Shown here in pieces: positions 9,814 through 19,422 of a stretch of 64,000 nucleotides of DNA (position 1 is the first letter of the stretch; every line of letters begins with the position of its first letter). A model generated the notes under the pieces. The model was not told the DNA's origin. It saw only the letters and a list, made by a program, of their open reading frames with translations, and did not search any database. The stretch lies in NCBI GenBank assembly GCA_003345545.1, contig PRDH01000015.1:11972-75971 (forward strand), written 5' to 3'. This DNA comes from Candidatus Thorarchaeota archaeon (GTDB lineage: Archaea; Asgardarchaeota; Thorarchaeia; Thorarchaeales; Thorarchaeaceae). The position numbers and the translations under genes are program-made.

Positions 9814-10146
9814 CTATACGAGCAACTTCTGGAGTTTAAGGAGGTCTGGAACCTCACCTACAGTCTTCAGCTTGCCAGATGAATAGGCAGACATTGGGCT
9901 CTCGGTCTTGTTCATTATTCCAAAGAAGACACTTGTGTCCATTGTCACCTTTAGCTGTGAGTCTATCTCTCCCTCCGCAATCTGCTCGAGCTTGGCATCC
10001 CCGATTTTCATGTATACCTTCAGGTCTATATCAGGAAAGATGAATTGGACAGTCTTGTTATAGCCCTCGAACCTGCGTTGTATCTTGGGATCCTTGAATC
10101 GGTCTCCAAGAGATTTCAGCTGCGCCAGTATCTTTTCTTTTGTCAT
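9814..10146 (-). CDS. SCP2 sterol/lipid-binding domain protein (second copy)
   Basis: SPMSAYSSGKLKTVGEVPDLLKLQKL; paralogous to 1323-1661. Start taken at MTKEK. Confidence 0.8.
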   Translation of the reverse strand: MTKEKILAQLKSLGDRFKDPKIQRRFEGYNKTVQFIFPDIDLKVYMKIGDAKLEQIAEGEIDSQLKVTMDTSVFFGIMNKTESPMSAYSSGKLKTVGEVPDLLKLQKLLV

Positions 10147-10258
10147 TCCGACACCGTGGTGCCAATTCACAAAGGACAAGTTATAGTTTATGAATAGCTT
10201 GACCGACGATGCCAGGGTTTCGTCATACGGAGATGGCATCGTAGGTTCCAGCAAAAGA

Positions 10259-10834
10259 CTATTTCATTCTGCTTTCACCGTAGAAGACCTGACCTAGCTT
10301 CTTCATGGCATCTCGAATGCAGTCTTTCTTCCCACTGACCTGTAGATACCGTTCTCCATCTAGAGAGATATTCACTCCGCAGTCCTCTGCAATCTCAGAG
10401 ACAACCTCTACTGGAACATCTTCAGGAAGCCTAATACGGAAGAAATCTACTTGCTTGTCTCTCGGTATATCTGAGATTGGCACTTGTGGCTCGGGCTTGT
10501 ACTTCTTACTCTTGCCCTCCATTGCTGCGTCAAATCTTGCTTCCCAAGTGTTTCGATATTTGACACCCCCATTTTCCTCTGCCCAGACCATGAGTGTACT
10601 TCGAAGTCGTTGTATCTTGTTTTCCATCTCAATCTGAAGCTGGGTGTCAGCGTCACATTGACCTTCTGATCTCATCTCACTCCCAAAGGAACGAAGATAC
10701 TCGATGCTCATCTTTGAGTTTCGAAGGTCAGCAAAAGTCAAGTCAGGGATGAAGACCTCTCTCTCCTTCAAAGCTCCCAATAGATCATTCAAGACCATCC
10801 ACCCCGCAAGAAGACCATCCAATGAGACCATCAT
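10259..10834 (-). CDS. DUF2096-like archaeal protein
   Basis: W.VL.DLL..LK.R...IP.....DLR N-terminus recalled from DUF2096. Last gene of the hdr run. Confidence 0.6.
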   Translation of the reverse strand: MMVSLDGLLAGWMVLNDLLGALKEREVFIPDLTFADLRNSKMSIEYLRSFGSEMRSEGQCDADTQLQIEMENKIQRLRSTLMVWAEENGGVKYRNTWEARFDAAMEGKSKKYKPEPQVPISDIPRDKQVDFFRIRLPEDVPVEVVSEIAEDCGVNISLDGERYLQVSGKKDCIRDAMKKLGQVFYGESRMK

Positions 10835-10835
10835 G

Positions 10836-13800
10836 TCACTCTCTCAACATTTCTTCTGTTTCGTTGAGGATGCTCTTTTCCCGCCACCAACGAAGATCGC
10901 GTGCTCCAGTGGGACAGATCGCACAACACGCTCCACATCCCTCACACCGCATCTCATCGGTGACACTCTTCTTGACACCAGGTTCAATCTCCATCATCGA
11001 GATTGCATCATACGGACAGATTTCCGAATAATGGCAGAGATCACAGCCGACACATAGGTCTTGATCGACCTCTGCTGTTAGGAGCTCAATCTCTACAGTA
11101 CCTAAGTTAAGTGGTATGCATGCCTCGCTTGCAGCTCCGCGAGCTTGGTTTATGGAATCTCCAACATTCTTGGCATAGGTGACCCCAAGAAAGACACCCG
11201 GTACTGTGGTTTCCACCGGTTTGTACTTCATATGCATCTCCGCCAAGAAACCATCCTGACCCCGGTTGATGCCCATCGCCTTCACAAACTGATCAACATC
11301 ATGTGGTGCTTCAAGCCCGAGAGCCAATACTACCATCTCTGACTTGATTCTGAGGATTTCCTGCGAAAATGTGTCGTAGACTGTGACAATTGCAGCATCA
11401 CTGTCAGGATCCTTCTCAACCGTAATAGGTTTCTCACGTTCCCAACGGAGATAGATCACTCCCTTCTGCCTGTTCTCACGCCACATCTCTTCCATACCCT
11501 TCGCATATGGACGTATGTGCTCCTTGAAGGCCGAGAATATCCTGATATCAGGAAACATCTCCTTCAACTCGTGCTGCATAGCAATTGTCGCTGAGCAACA
11601 CACCCTTGAGCAGTATCGGTTGCCTTCACCTGGATTCTGTCTCGATCCCACGCAATGAATGAACACAGGATTCTTTGGTGGTTTCTTCAGCTCACCATTC
11701 CTTAATCGCCGCTCCAGTTCAAGCGTCGAAATCACACCAGGAACAACGCCCCATCCATACTCGCCTTGCTTTGGTTCATAGACATCCGTCCCTATAGCTA
11801 TTACCATGGAGCCAATGCGATGGATGGTCTTTTCACCTGTCTTGGTGTTTTCTACCGTAATGTCATAGTTTCCATACGAGCCAGCTCGCGCGACAACTTT
11901 CGAGTCCAAGAGAACTAGTATGCGCTTGTTCTTCTTGGTCCTGCTAGTAAGGTCTTTCACAATGTCTTCTGCAGAATCCAGGGCAGGAAACAGCTGACAT
12001 AACTCGTTTAGCCTACCACCGAGTCTGTCCAGCTTTTCGACAAGAATTACATCGAAACCCTTTCGTGCAATATCAAGAGCTGCTGTCATACCAGAGACCC
12101 CTCCCCCAACGACCATCGACACTGGAGTCACTTTGACACTCTTTGACGGAACGATTTCGTTATTGACAGCCTTGGCTACAGCGCTCCGTATCATATCTTG
12201 AGCTTTCTCTTGCCTTACTTCAGGGGCCTCATTCACATGGACCAGTGCAAGATGCTCGCGCAGACCAACGGGACCCACCAGGTAGTATCCTGAGAGACCT
12301 GCAGCCTCCAGGGCTCTTCTGAAGGTTGACTCGTGCTGCAATGGCGAACAGGATCCGACTACCACACGGTTGAGCTTATGCTCCTTAATCGCTTTGGTCA
12401 CAAGTTGCTGACCGGGGTCACTGCACATGAAGATATAATCGGTAGCATATGCCACGTTCGGCAAGCCCTTTGCCCACTCTGCAAGACCTGGCGAACTTAT
12501 CTCATTCCCGATGATTCCACCGCAGTGACAGATGAAGACACCCACACGTGGCTCATCACTGATGAATGCGGGAGGAATCTCCGGTTTTGGTTCTGCAATT
12601 GGAATTGGCAGGATTGACTGAGCAGCCATTGCGGCTCCTTTCCCCTCATTGACACTGTCTGTGCCATCCCTTGGACCATGGGCACAACCAGCCACAAAGA
12701 TGCCTGGTCGATTAGTTTCAAGTGCAGATGCATTTGCGTGCTTCTCCTTGATCCATCCAGCTTCATCGAGGTCAATCCGAAGTGTCTTGGCCAGTTCTTC
12801 GACACCTGCACTGGGTCTGAAGCTGGCATTGAGAACGACCATGGAGATCTTGTCGAGTTCGAGGATTTTGCCTAAGTCTGTGTCCTCCATCTTGACATAC
12901 AGGTCACGTGTGTCAGGATCTTCCTGAATCTGGGAAACCCTACCTCGAATGAATTTGATGCCCCGATTCTTTTCAGAGTCCCATAGGAACTCCTCGAGTG
13001 CCTTTCCAGCTGTTCGCATGTCCATGTATGTGTAGATTATCTCGCAGTGATCCTTTGGATAGTGCATTCGAGTCACCTGCGCCAGTTTTAGTCCGAATGA
13101 GCAGCAGACTCTATTGCAGTGCGCGCTGTATCCACTGATATTCTCTCTTACATCTCTACTTCCTACGCAGTTCACGAACAGGATTCGCTCTGGTTCTTTC
13201 CCATCTGATGGACGCACTATGTGTGAGTCAGTAGGTCCAGTGGGATGTGTCTGTCTATCATACTCCATTGAGGTCACTACATTTGGAAAGACACCGTAGC
13301 CATATTCTCCATAGTCCAACGGTCTATACTCTTCGAACCCAGTGGCCACAATGATGGAACCAACATGGAGGTCGTATACCTTATCTTCATCATCGTACTT
13401 GATGCAGTCCTGCGGACAGACTGATGCACATGTTCCACAGCCAATACATGCGTTTCTGTCAATCGTTGCAATCAGCGGAATCTGTTGTGGAAAGTTCATG
13501 TAGATCGCCTTCCGGAGAGAGAGTCCCTTGTCGTACTCATTTGGCACTTCGACCGGACAGGAACGAATACACAGCTGACAACCAGTGCATTTGTCCGCAT
13601 TGACATAGCGAGCCTTCTTACGAATCGTGACTGTGAAGTCGCCCTCTTCTCCGGTCACCTTTTGAACGGTCGATAGTGGATGAATAGTGATGTTGGGATG
13701 TTTGCCAACAAAGGATGTGAGAGGTGTCATAACACACGCTGAGCATTCCAAGGCGGGGAATATCTTGTAGATCGCCACATAGTTCCCACCAATGTTCACT

Positions 13801-13940
13801 TTCTTCTCAATTATGTGGGCATGATGACCGCCGTTGGCAAGACTCAGAGAGGCATTGATTCCCGCCATGCCTCCTCCAATGACTAAGACATCTGTTGGCT
13901 TGGCCTTCGGTTCTGATTTCTTGGTTGACTTGCGGACCAT
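10836..13940 (-). CDS. hdrA: Tandem (double-module) heterodisulfide reductase subunit A-like flavoprotein
   Basis: Two GGGxxG FAD modules, two C(V)GSR...CxRVCC clusters, an inserted ferredoxin, an FICHCG domain and a C-terminal 2x[4Fe-4S]. Start taken at MVRKS. Confidence 0.92.
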   Translation of the reverse strand: MVRKSTKKSEPKAKPTDVLVIGGGMAGINASLSLANGGHHAHIIEKKVNIGGNYVAIYKIFPALECSACVMTPLTSFVGKHPNITIHPLSTVQKVTGEEGDFTVTIRKKARYVNADKCTGCQLCIRSCPVEVPNEYDKGLSLRKAIYMNFPQQIPLIATIDRNACIGCGTCASVCPQDCIKYDDEDKVYDLHVGSIIVATGFEEYRPLDYGEYGYGVFPNVVTSMEYDRQTHPTGPTDSHIVRPSDGKEPERILFVNCVGSRDVRENISGYSAHCNRVCCSFGLKLAQVTRMHYPKDHCEIIYTYMDMRTAGKALEEFLWDSEKNRGIKFIRGRVSQIQEDPDTRDLYVKMEDTDLGKILELDKISMVVLNASFRPSAGVEELAKTLRIDLDEAGWIKEKHANASALETNRPGIFVAGCAHGPRDGTDSVNEGKGAAMAAQSILPIPIAEPKPEIPPAFISDEPRVGVFICHCGGIIGNEISSPGLAEWAKGLPNVAYATDYIFMCSDPGQQLVTKAIKEHKLNRVVVGSCSPLQHESTFRRALEAAGLSGYYLVGPVGLREHLALVHVNEAPEVRQEKAQDMIRSAVAKAVNNEIVPSKSVKVTPVSMVVGGGVSGMTAALDIARKGFDVILVEKLDRLGGRLNELCQLFPALDSAEDIVKDLTSRTKKNKRILVLLDSKVVARAGSYGNYDITVENTKTGEKTIHRIGSMVIAIGTDVYEPKQGEYGWGVVPGVISTLELERRLRNGELKKPPKNPVFIHCVGSRQNPGEGNRYCSRVCCSATIAMQHELKEMFPDIRIFSAFKEHIRPYAKGMEEMWRENRQKGVIYLRWEREKPITVEKDPDSDAAIVTVYDTFSQEILRIKSEMVVLALGLEAPHDVDQFVKAMGINRGQDGFLAEMHMKYKPVETTVPGVFLGVTYAKNVGDSINQARGAASEACIPLNLGTVEIELLTAEVDQDLCVGCDLCHYSEICPYDAISMMEIEPGVKKSVTDEMRCEGCGACCAICPTGARDLRWWREKSILNETEEMLRE

Positions 13941-14029
13941 GCGAACATTCTCCAAGGTGCTAATGCAACAAGAGCTCGAGCAGAGCAGGAGATATAATCT
14001 TTCTGTCACGACCTCGGTGTATCATGAAT

Positions 14030-14087
14030 TTGGAACACATGTTCCAACACTATTTCTCTATTCAGTAGCTGTTCACAGCATGTGAAC
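14030..14087. promoter_or_regulatory. Two inverted repeats between hdrB and hdrA (operator or terminator)
   Basis: TTGGAACA-CA-TGTTCCAA (14030-14047) and GTTCACA-GCA-TGTGAAC (14071-14087). Confidence 0.4.
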
Positions 14088-14097
14088 CTGTCAAACC

Positions 14098-14982
14098 CTA
14101 GATACCGAGAATGTCACGAATTGGATTCAGGCTAACTCTATTCAATTCAAACCCTAATGGCTCGGCATCAATTCCCAGTGCTGTGCCCAGGACTTGCGTG
14201 ACAAAGAGAGCTGGTAATTCCAGAGAGTTTCCTGCTTCATCTTTGAGACCTATCTGCTGAATGTCGAACTGGGTCTGACATGCGGGGCAATTCGTGACCA
14301 CACAGTTCGCCCCTGCGCCATTTGCAGAGATCATCTTCTCTTTCAGTATCTTAAGGGCGACCGATTCGCTTGCAATGAGAAGAGGTGAACCACAACAACG
14401 CAGCTTCATGTCCCAATGGACACACTTTGCACCTGTGATCTCAATCAATTCATCGACCTTTCGAGGTAACTCAGGGTCGTCGAATCCCGCAACACTGGAC
14501 GGCCGAATAAGATGGCACCCCGGATGGAATGCAACCCGAAGGCCATCTAGACGCCGAACAATCTTTTCTTCGATCTCGCCCCTCATATCATAGAGGACTT
14601 CTACAAAGTGACGTATCGTGGCCTTTCCAGTGTACTCTAGACCCAATGGTTTCAGAACTGCGTTGACCTTCTTTCTGCAAGCTGCATTGTTGTGAAGCAC
14701 ATGGCTGGTATCCTTCAGAGAACCAAAGCAGCCATTACAGGGAGTGACAATGTCATGACCTCTCTGCTCTGCCAGTGCTATATTACGACCGGACATGGAG
14801 AGCCAGCTGTTCTCATCAATTGATTTGAGAACTACGGTTCCACAACAGGAGGCGCCTTCAAAATCAATCAACTCAATGTCAAGATTCTTTGCAACTGCAC
14901 GCATAGACGACTCGTAATTGTTGAACCTACTTGGAATAGCGCACCCAAGGAAGACCTCATAGCTCTGTGTCAATTCACACAT
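14098..14982 (-). CDS. hdrB: Heterodisulfide reductase subunit B
   Basis: FLGC, SCCG, TPCNGC, HPGCH, RCCG, CPACQTQFD (two CCG domains). Start approximate. Confidence 0.93.
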   Translation of the reverse strand: MCELTQSYEVFLGCAIPSRFNNYESSMRAVAKNLDIELIDFEGASCCGTVVLKSIDENSWLSMSGRNIALAEQRGHDIVTPCNGCFGSLKDTSHVLHNNAACRKKVNAVLKPLGLEYTGKATIRHFVEVLYDMRGEIEEKIVRRLDGLRVAFHPGCHLIRPSSVAGFDDPELPRKVDELIEITGAKCVHWDMKLRCCGSPLLIASESVALKILKEKMISANGAGANCVVTNCPACQTQFDIQQIGLKDEAGNSLELPALFVTQVLGTALGIDAEPLGFELNRVSLNPIRDILGI

Positions 14983-15493
14983 CCTCCTCAAGCTTCATGA
15001 GCCCTGTCTTCTTGAGCATCCTCTTTGTGTCTTCAATATTCAGTACGGGAACTGGGTCAAGTCCGAGATCATCGCGTTCCCAGTCAGTAGGCTCGTAGAG
15101 CCTTCCCTTATCATACAGTGATTGTCGTGCTCCTGAATATCCGGGAGGTGCGATTCTCTTCTTGAAAGCCATATTCTTCAGACCGAACAAGATGTCTGTG
15201 ATCTCTATTCCCTGAGGGCAGCGTTCTTGACAAGTATAACATGTCGTACACAACCAGACCATATCGGTTTCGAGAACCTCCTTCAGGCCAAAGAGAAGCA
15301 TCCGCATCACTTCATGAATCTGTATGTTCACCTTATCAGAAACTGGACAACCAGCACTGCATTTTGCACATTGGAAACAGGCAGTGAGATCCTTCCCTCC
15401 AATCAGGTTCGAAGCTCCTCTTGTGAACTCAGCATCCATTGCCTTGAACTTCTTTCCATCAAAAGACTTGAATTGTCCCCACGCGTCTGTCAT
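14975..15493 (-). CDS. hdrC: Heterodisulfide reductase subunit C
   Basis: CFQCAKCSAGCP and WLCTTCYTCQERCPQ. Start taken at MTDAW. Confidence 0.92.
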   Translation of the reverse strand: MTDAWGQFKSFDGKKFKAMDAEFTRGASNLIGGKDLTACFQCAKCSAGCPVSDKVNIQIHEVMRMLLFGLKEVLETDMVWLCTTCYTCQERCPQGIEITDILFGLKNMAFKKRIAPPGYSGARQSLYDKGRLYEPTDWERDDLGLDPVPVLNIEDTKRMLKKTGLMKLEEDV

Positions 15494-15495
15494 TT

Positions 15496-18400
15496 CTATT
15501 GCCTCCTCTGTCTCAATGGACTTGGCCCAAGCCGGTCTGCCAGTTCTGCAAACTCTTTCACAGTTTCGGCCCATATCGACCCTTCACTTGCACTGATATG
15601 TGTGAACTGCAGTCGATCGGTTTCGAGCCCGGCTTTCTCAATGATCTTCTTGGCAATAGCAAATCGACGCTCAAAGGATATGTTACCATCAACGTAATGG
15701 CAGTCTCCCACATGACATCCAGAGATCCACACCATATCGGCGCCTAGTCTGAAAGCTTCCAAGATATGCTGTACGCTCACTCTTCCAGTACACATGACTC
15801 GTATGTCCCGGACATTAGAGGGCTGTTGAAAACGGGACACACCAGCACTGTCTGCGCCTGCGTACGAGCACCAATTGCAGAGAATCGTCAGGATCCTCAA
15901 GTCGTTAGCAGGCATGTTCTCCAATGCACTGCGAATCTGCGTGAGTATCTGATCCTCGGTGAAGTGCTTCATAGTGATAGCACCCGAAGGACATCCAGCG
16001 CCACATTTCCCACATCCTTGGCATAGAACCGGATTCGTCACTGCATAATCATGGCTCCCATCGCCAGGAACAACCTCGATTGCATTGTAGGCACAGTTGA
16101 TCTCGCAGGTCCCACAACCAATACAGATCTCGGGATCAACTACTGAAACTATGGCCTCAGCCTTTCGAATTCCTCTGATGAGGGGAATCAGTGCCCTTGA
16201 CGCTGCTGCTTGCCCTTGAGCGATGGACTCGCCGATGCTCTTTGGAGCGGTAGCAGCACCAGCAACAAACACACCATCAGTCTGGAAGTCTACCGGCCGT
16301 AGTTTCGGGTGAGCTTCCATGAAAAAGCCAGAGAGGTTGAGTGGTACCTTGAATAGCTCCGAGATCTCTTTATTCGGCCTTGGAACCATCGCAGTGGCAA
16401 GTATTGTATGATCGACGTCAATGATGAGTTCAGCACCCAGCACTTGATCCATCACAGTAATGCTCAGAGCTTTGTCACGCCCTTTCTTCACAGCAGGTAG
16501 TGAGTCCTTATCATACCTGACAAAGACGACGCCCTTCTTGCGAGCTTCTCGGTACTTATCTTCTGCAGAGTAGAAAACTCGAAGATCACGGTAGAAATGG
16601 AACACACGGGAATTCGGGTATTTCTCAACTAGTTCAAGTGTATGCTGCAAGGCAACGGTGCAACAGATTCCTGAGCACCATGTGCGGGCTCCTTCAAGTG
16701 ACGCGTCCTCTCGCGAACCTGCACAATGAATGACTGCGAAGGTCTCTCCATCATTGATGCCCTCTCCGCTTGCCACTCGCTTGTTGAATTCCACTTCAGT
16801 CATTACTTCGGGCAGTTTCTTGAGACCAAAGAGCCCTTTCTCTTCCAGAGCGATTGCTCCAGTCGCAACAATGACAATGCCAACAGTCAGCGATTCTCTC
16901 TTCTTTCCAGTCTTGATGACTACCTCGAATTCGCCAATAGAACCCTTTGCCTCAACGACCTCGGAGTTCAACATGATTGTAACGTTCTCGTTTCCAGTGA
17001 TTCTAGACTCATAGTCAGCTATGATTTCTGAAGCAGGAGTATGGGTGAAATTGACCGTGGCAAGCTCGTTGAGGAATCCACCAACCCGGTCCTGTTTCTC
17101 TACTAGATAGACCTTGAAGCCCTTCTGAGCAATGATATCAGATGCAGCCATTCCAGCGACTCCAGCACCAATAACAAGGACAGATGGCCCAATCTGGGTC
17201 ACCGCCTCTTCCTGTGCCTCCAGTAGTCTGGCTCGACCAACTGACATTCGCACCAGATCCATGGCCTTCGAGGTCGCTTCATCCTTGTCAGCCTGGTGAA
17301 TCCATGCACAGTGCTCGCGGATGTTTGCCAATTCGAATAGATACTTGTTCAGTCCTGCTTCTTCAATCGTCGCTCTGAACAATGGCTCATGAGTTCGGGG
17401 AGTACATGATGCTACAACTAACCGGTTGAGCTTGTGCTCCTTAATCGCATCCTTGATTACGACTTGAGCGTCTGAAGAACAGGAGTAGAGGAGATTCTTG
17501 GCAAACACAACATTGGGAAGTTCGCTTGCATACCGAGTGACCTCTGCAACATCTACGGTTCCTGCTATATTGATTCCACATGAGCATACAATCACGCCAA
17601 TACGTGGCTCTGCTGTCAATAGCTCAAGGTCTTCTTTTGTAAGAGCGTCTGTTTCATCGCCCTTAGGGATTGTTAAATCCATTGCAGCTAGAGCTGCAGC
17701 AGCGCTACCATGCGCAACAGAATCGGGAATGTCCTTGGGCATATGAACAGCCCCACACATGTGAACTCCAGGTACTCCAGTTTCAGAAATCATCAGTGAT
17801 TTCAGGTCTGGTTGTATGAATCCAGACTCATCTTTCTCGATGCCCAATTGCTCGAATATCCCCGAGTCCGAAGAAGGCACCATTGCGGGACAAAGAACAA
17901 CGAGATCATACGTATCTAAGAGAACTTCATGACCCTTGGTATTACTGTGCCGGACTAGAAGGTTCTTAGTGCCGTATTCCTCCTGTATCTCACTCGGCAG
18001 CCCCCTCACAAAGTGAATATCATATTCAGTTTCGCCCCTCACAAGGAACTCCTCAAAGCCCTTGCCGAATGCGCGCATATCATTATAGAGGATGTCAATA
18101 TGTACGTCAGGAGTGTGTTCCTTAGTAATGATTGCCTCCTTGGTCGCATACGTACAACAGATCCTTGAGCAATAGGAACAGTGATTGACGTCTCTCGAGC
18201 CCACACATTGAATGAATGCAATCCTATGAGGTTCGCGGCCATCAGAGGGACGCATGACGATACCTCGGGTCGGACCGCTGGCCGATACCATTCGTTCATA
18301 CTCCAATGCACTTACAACATTGCCATAGCGTCCATAACCATACTCAGGCACTGTGGTTGGATTGAGAAGCTCGTACCCAGTCGCTATAATGATTGACCCA

Positions 18401-18951
18401 GCATCAATCACCTTGGTTTCGTCAGCAATATCAAAGTTAATCGCCTCTGCTTTGCAGGTCTTCACACAGGTCATGCACTCAATGCAATTTGCAGCATCTA
18501 TCGTAGCAATGTTTGGAACAGCCTGTGGAAAGGGAATGTATGCAGCCTTTCTCATCTTGAGACCGAGGTCATATTCGTTAGGAACCTCAATTGGGCATAC
18601 CCTCTGACATTCACCACAGCCTGTGCATTTCTTGGCATCAACGCGGCGTGTATGTTTCAGCACATCGACTTTGAAATCACCTGTTGTACCCGTAATTCCA
18701 GTGACTTCAGAATAGGCAAGAATCTCAATATTCGGATGACGCGAGCAGTCAACCATCCAGGGTCCTTGAATACACATGCTGCAGTCCAATGTCGGGAAGG
18801 TCTTATCCAGCTGGGACATGTGACCTCCAATCGAGGGTTTCTTCTCGACAAGAAAGACCTTGACTCCCATTCCTGCGAGGTCAAGTGCGGCACGCATTCC
18901 TGAGATACCAGCTCCAATTATGACGACTGGTTTTGATATGGGCTCTGCCAT
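15496..18951 (-). CDS. hdrA: Tandem HdrA fused to a C-terminal MvhD (FlpD) [2Fe-2S] domain
   Basis: LDKTFPTLDCSMC, two FAD modules, ferredoxin domains, and the MvhD motifs LCNWCSYAGAD, RVMCTGRV, GCHVGDCHY, ISASEG. Confidence 0.93.
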   Translation of the reverse strand: MAEPISKPVVIIGAGISGMRAALDLAGMGVKVFLVEKKPSIGGHMSQLDKTFPTLDCSMCIQGPWMVDCSRHPNIEILAYSEVTGITGTTGDFKVDVLKHTRRVDAKKCTGCGECQRVCPIEVPNEYDLGLKMRKAAYIPFPQAVPNIATIDAANCIECMTCVKTCKAEAINFDIADETKVIDAGSIIIATGYELLNPTTVPEYGYGRYGNVVSALEYERMVSASGPTRGIVMRPSDGREPHRIAFIQCVGSRDVNHCSYCSRICCTYATKEAIITKEHTPDVHIDILYNDMRAFGKGFEEFLVRGETEYDIHFVRGLPSEIQEEYGTKNLLVRHSNTKGHEVLLDTYDLVVLCPAMVPSSDSGIFEQLGIEKDESGFIQPDLKSLMISETGVPGVHMCGAVHMPKDIPDSVAHGSAAAALAAMDLTIPKGDETDALTKEDLELLTAEPRIGVIVCSCGINIAGTVDVAEVTRYASELPNVVFAKNLLYSCSSDAQVVIKDAIKEHKLNRLVVASCTPRTHEPLFRATIEEAGLNKYLFELANIREHCAWIHQADKDEATSKAMDLVRMSVGRARLLEAQEEAVTQIGPSVLVIGAGVAGMAASDIIAQKGFKVYLVEKQDRVGGFLNELATVNFTHTPASEIIADYESRITGNENVTIMLNSEVVEAKGSIGEFEVVIKTGKKRESLTVGIVIVATGAIALEEKGLFGLKKLPEVMTEVEFNKRVASGEGINDGETFAVIHCAGSREDASLEGARTWCSGICCTVALQHTLELVEKYPNSRVFHFYRDLRVFYSAEDKYREARKKGVVFVRYDKDSLPAVKKGRDKALSITVMDQVLGAELIIDVDHTILATAMVPRPNKEISELFKVPLNLSGFFMEAHPKLRPVDFQTDGVFVAGAATAPKSIGESIAQGQAAASRALIPLIRGIRKAEAIVSVVDPEICIGCGTCEINCAYNAIEVVPGDGSHDYAVTNPVLCQGCGKCGAGCPSGAITMKHFTEDQILTQIRSALENMPANDLRILTILCNWCSYAGADSAGVSRFQQPSNVRDIRVMCTGRVSVQHILEAFRLGADMVWISGCHVGDCHYVDGNISFERRFAIAKKIIEKAGLETDRLQFTHISASEGSIWAETVKEFAELADRLGPSPLRQRRQ

Positions 18952-19123
18952 TGTACCGTCTCTCCGAAGAGGTGTCGCGTTGATTCAAGATTGCCCGATA
19001 AAATGTTTCGCATTGAGCAGTAGTCAAAACCGCAAGGTTGCGCTCCTTGATTGGCGCCAATCCTTTGGAATTAACAATTCTTAATGCATGCTCTTAATAC
19101 AACGTCAGTAACGTCTTGAGATT

Positions 19124-19255
19124 ATGAAGGCCGCTAGACTCTACACGCGAGTCTATCTGGCGCGTACAAAGGACCGCCGGGAGATTGGAGCACTGGATGA
19201 TCTCAGCAAGATTGAGATTGTGATCTTCACACCTCCACAGTTCAGACTCGAATGA
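19124..19255 (+). CDS. Possible 43-aa small ORF or gene remnant
   Basis: ATG...TGA gives MKAARLYTRVYLARTKDRREIGALDDLSKIEIVIFTPPQFRLE in the hdrA/aconitase intergenic region. Confidence 0.2.
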   Translation: MKAARLYTRVYLARTKDRREIGALDDLSKIEIVIFTPPQFRLE

Positions 19256-19422
19256 AGCAAGCATGCAGGAATACAACATTCGGTAATCGCGCAGGCAGCA
19301 GCAAGGATTTATGCCCATAAGTTGCGGATGGCCCCACCGAAAGGGGCAGACTGAAAGCCCTCGACCCGCTCTTACGACAGAGAGAGGTTTCGGAGTACCT
19401 AGCAATAGAAGGCGCTCGTGCA

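Noticed and set aside
10836-18951. Selenocysteine recoding in HdrA/MvhD, as reported for some Asgard archaea and methanococci
   Set aside because: Both frames are open with Cys at the relevant positions (DCSMC, ECSAC, CNWC, GCHVGDC); no in-frame TGA.
19331-19400. Glycine riboswitch or iron-responsive element upstream of aconitase
   Set aside because: CACCGAAAGGGGCA only loosely recalls the glycine aptamer and the other conserved blocks are missing; no CAGUG loop on a bulged-C stem.
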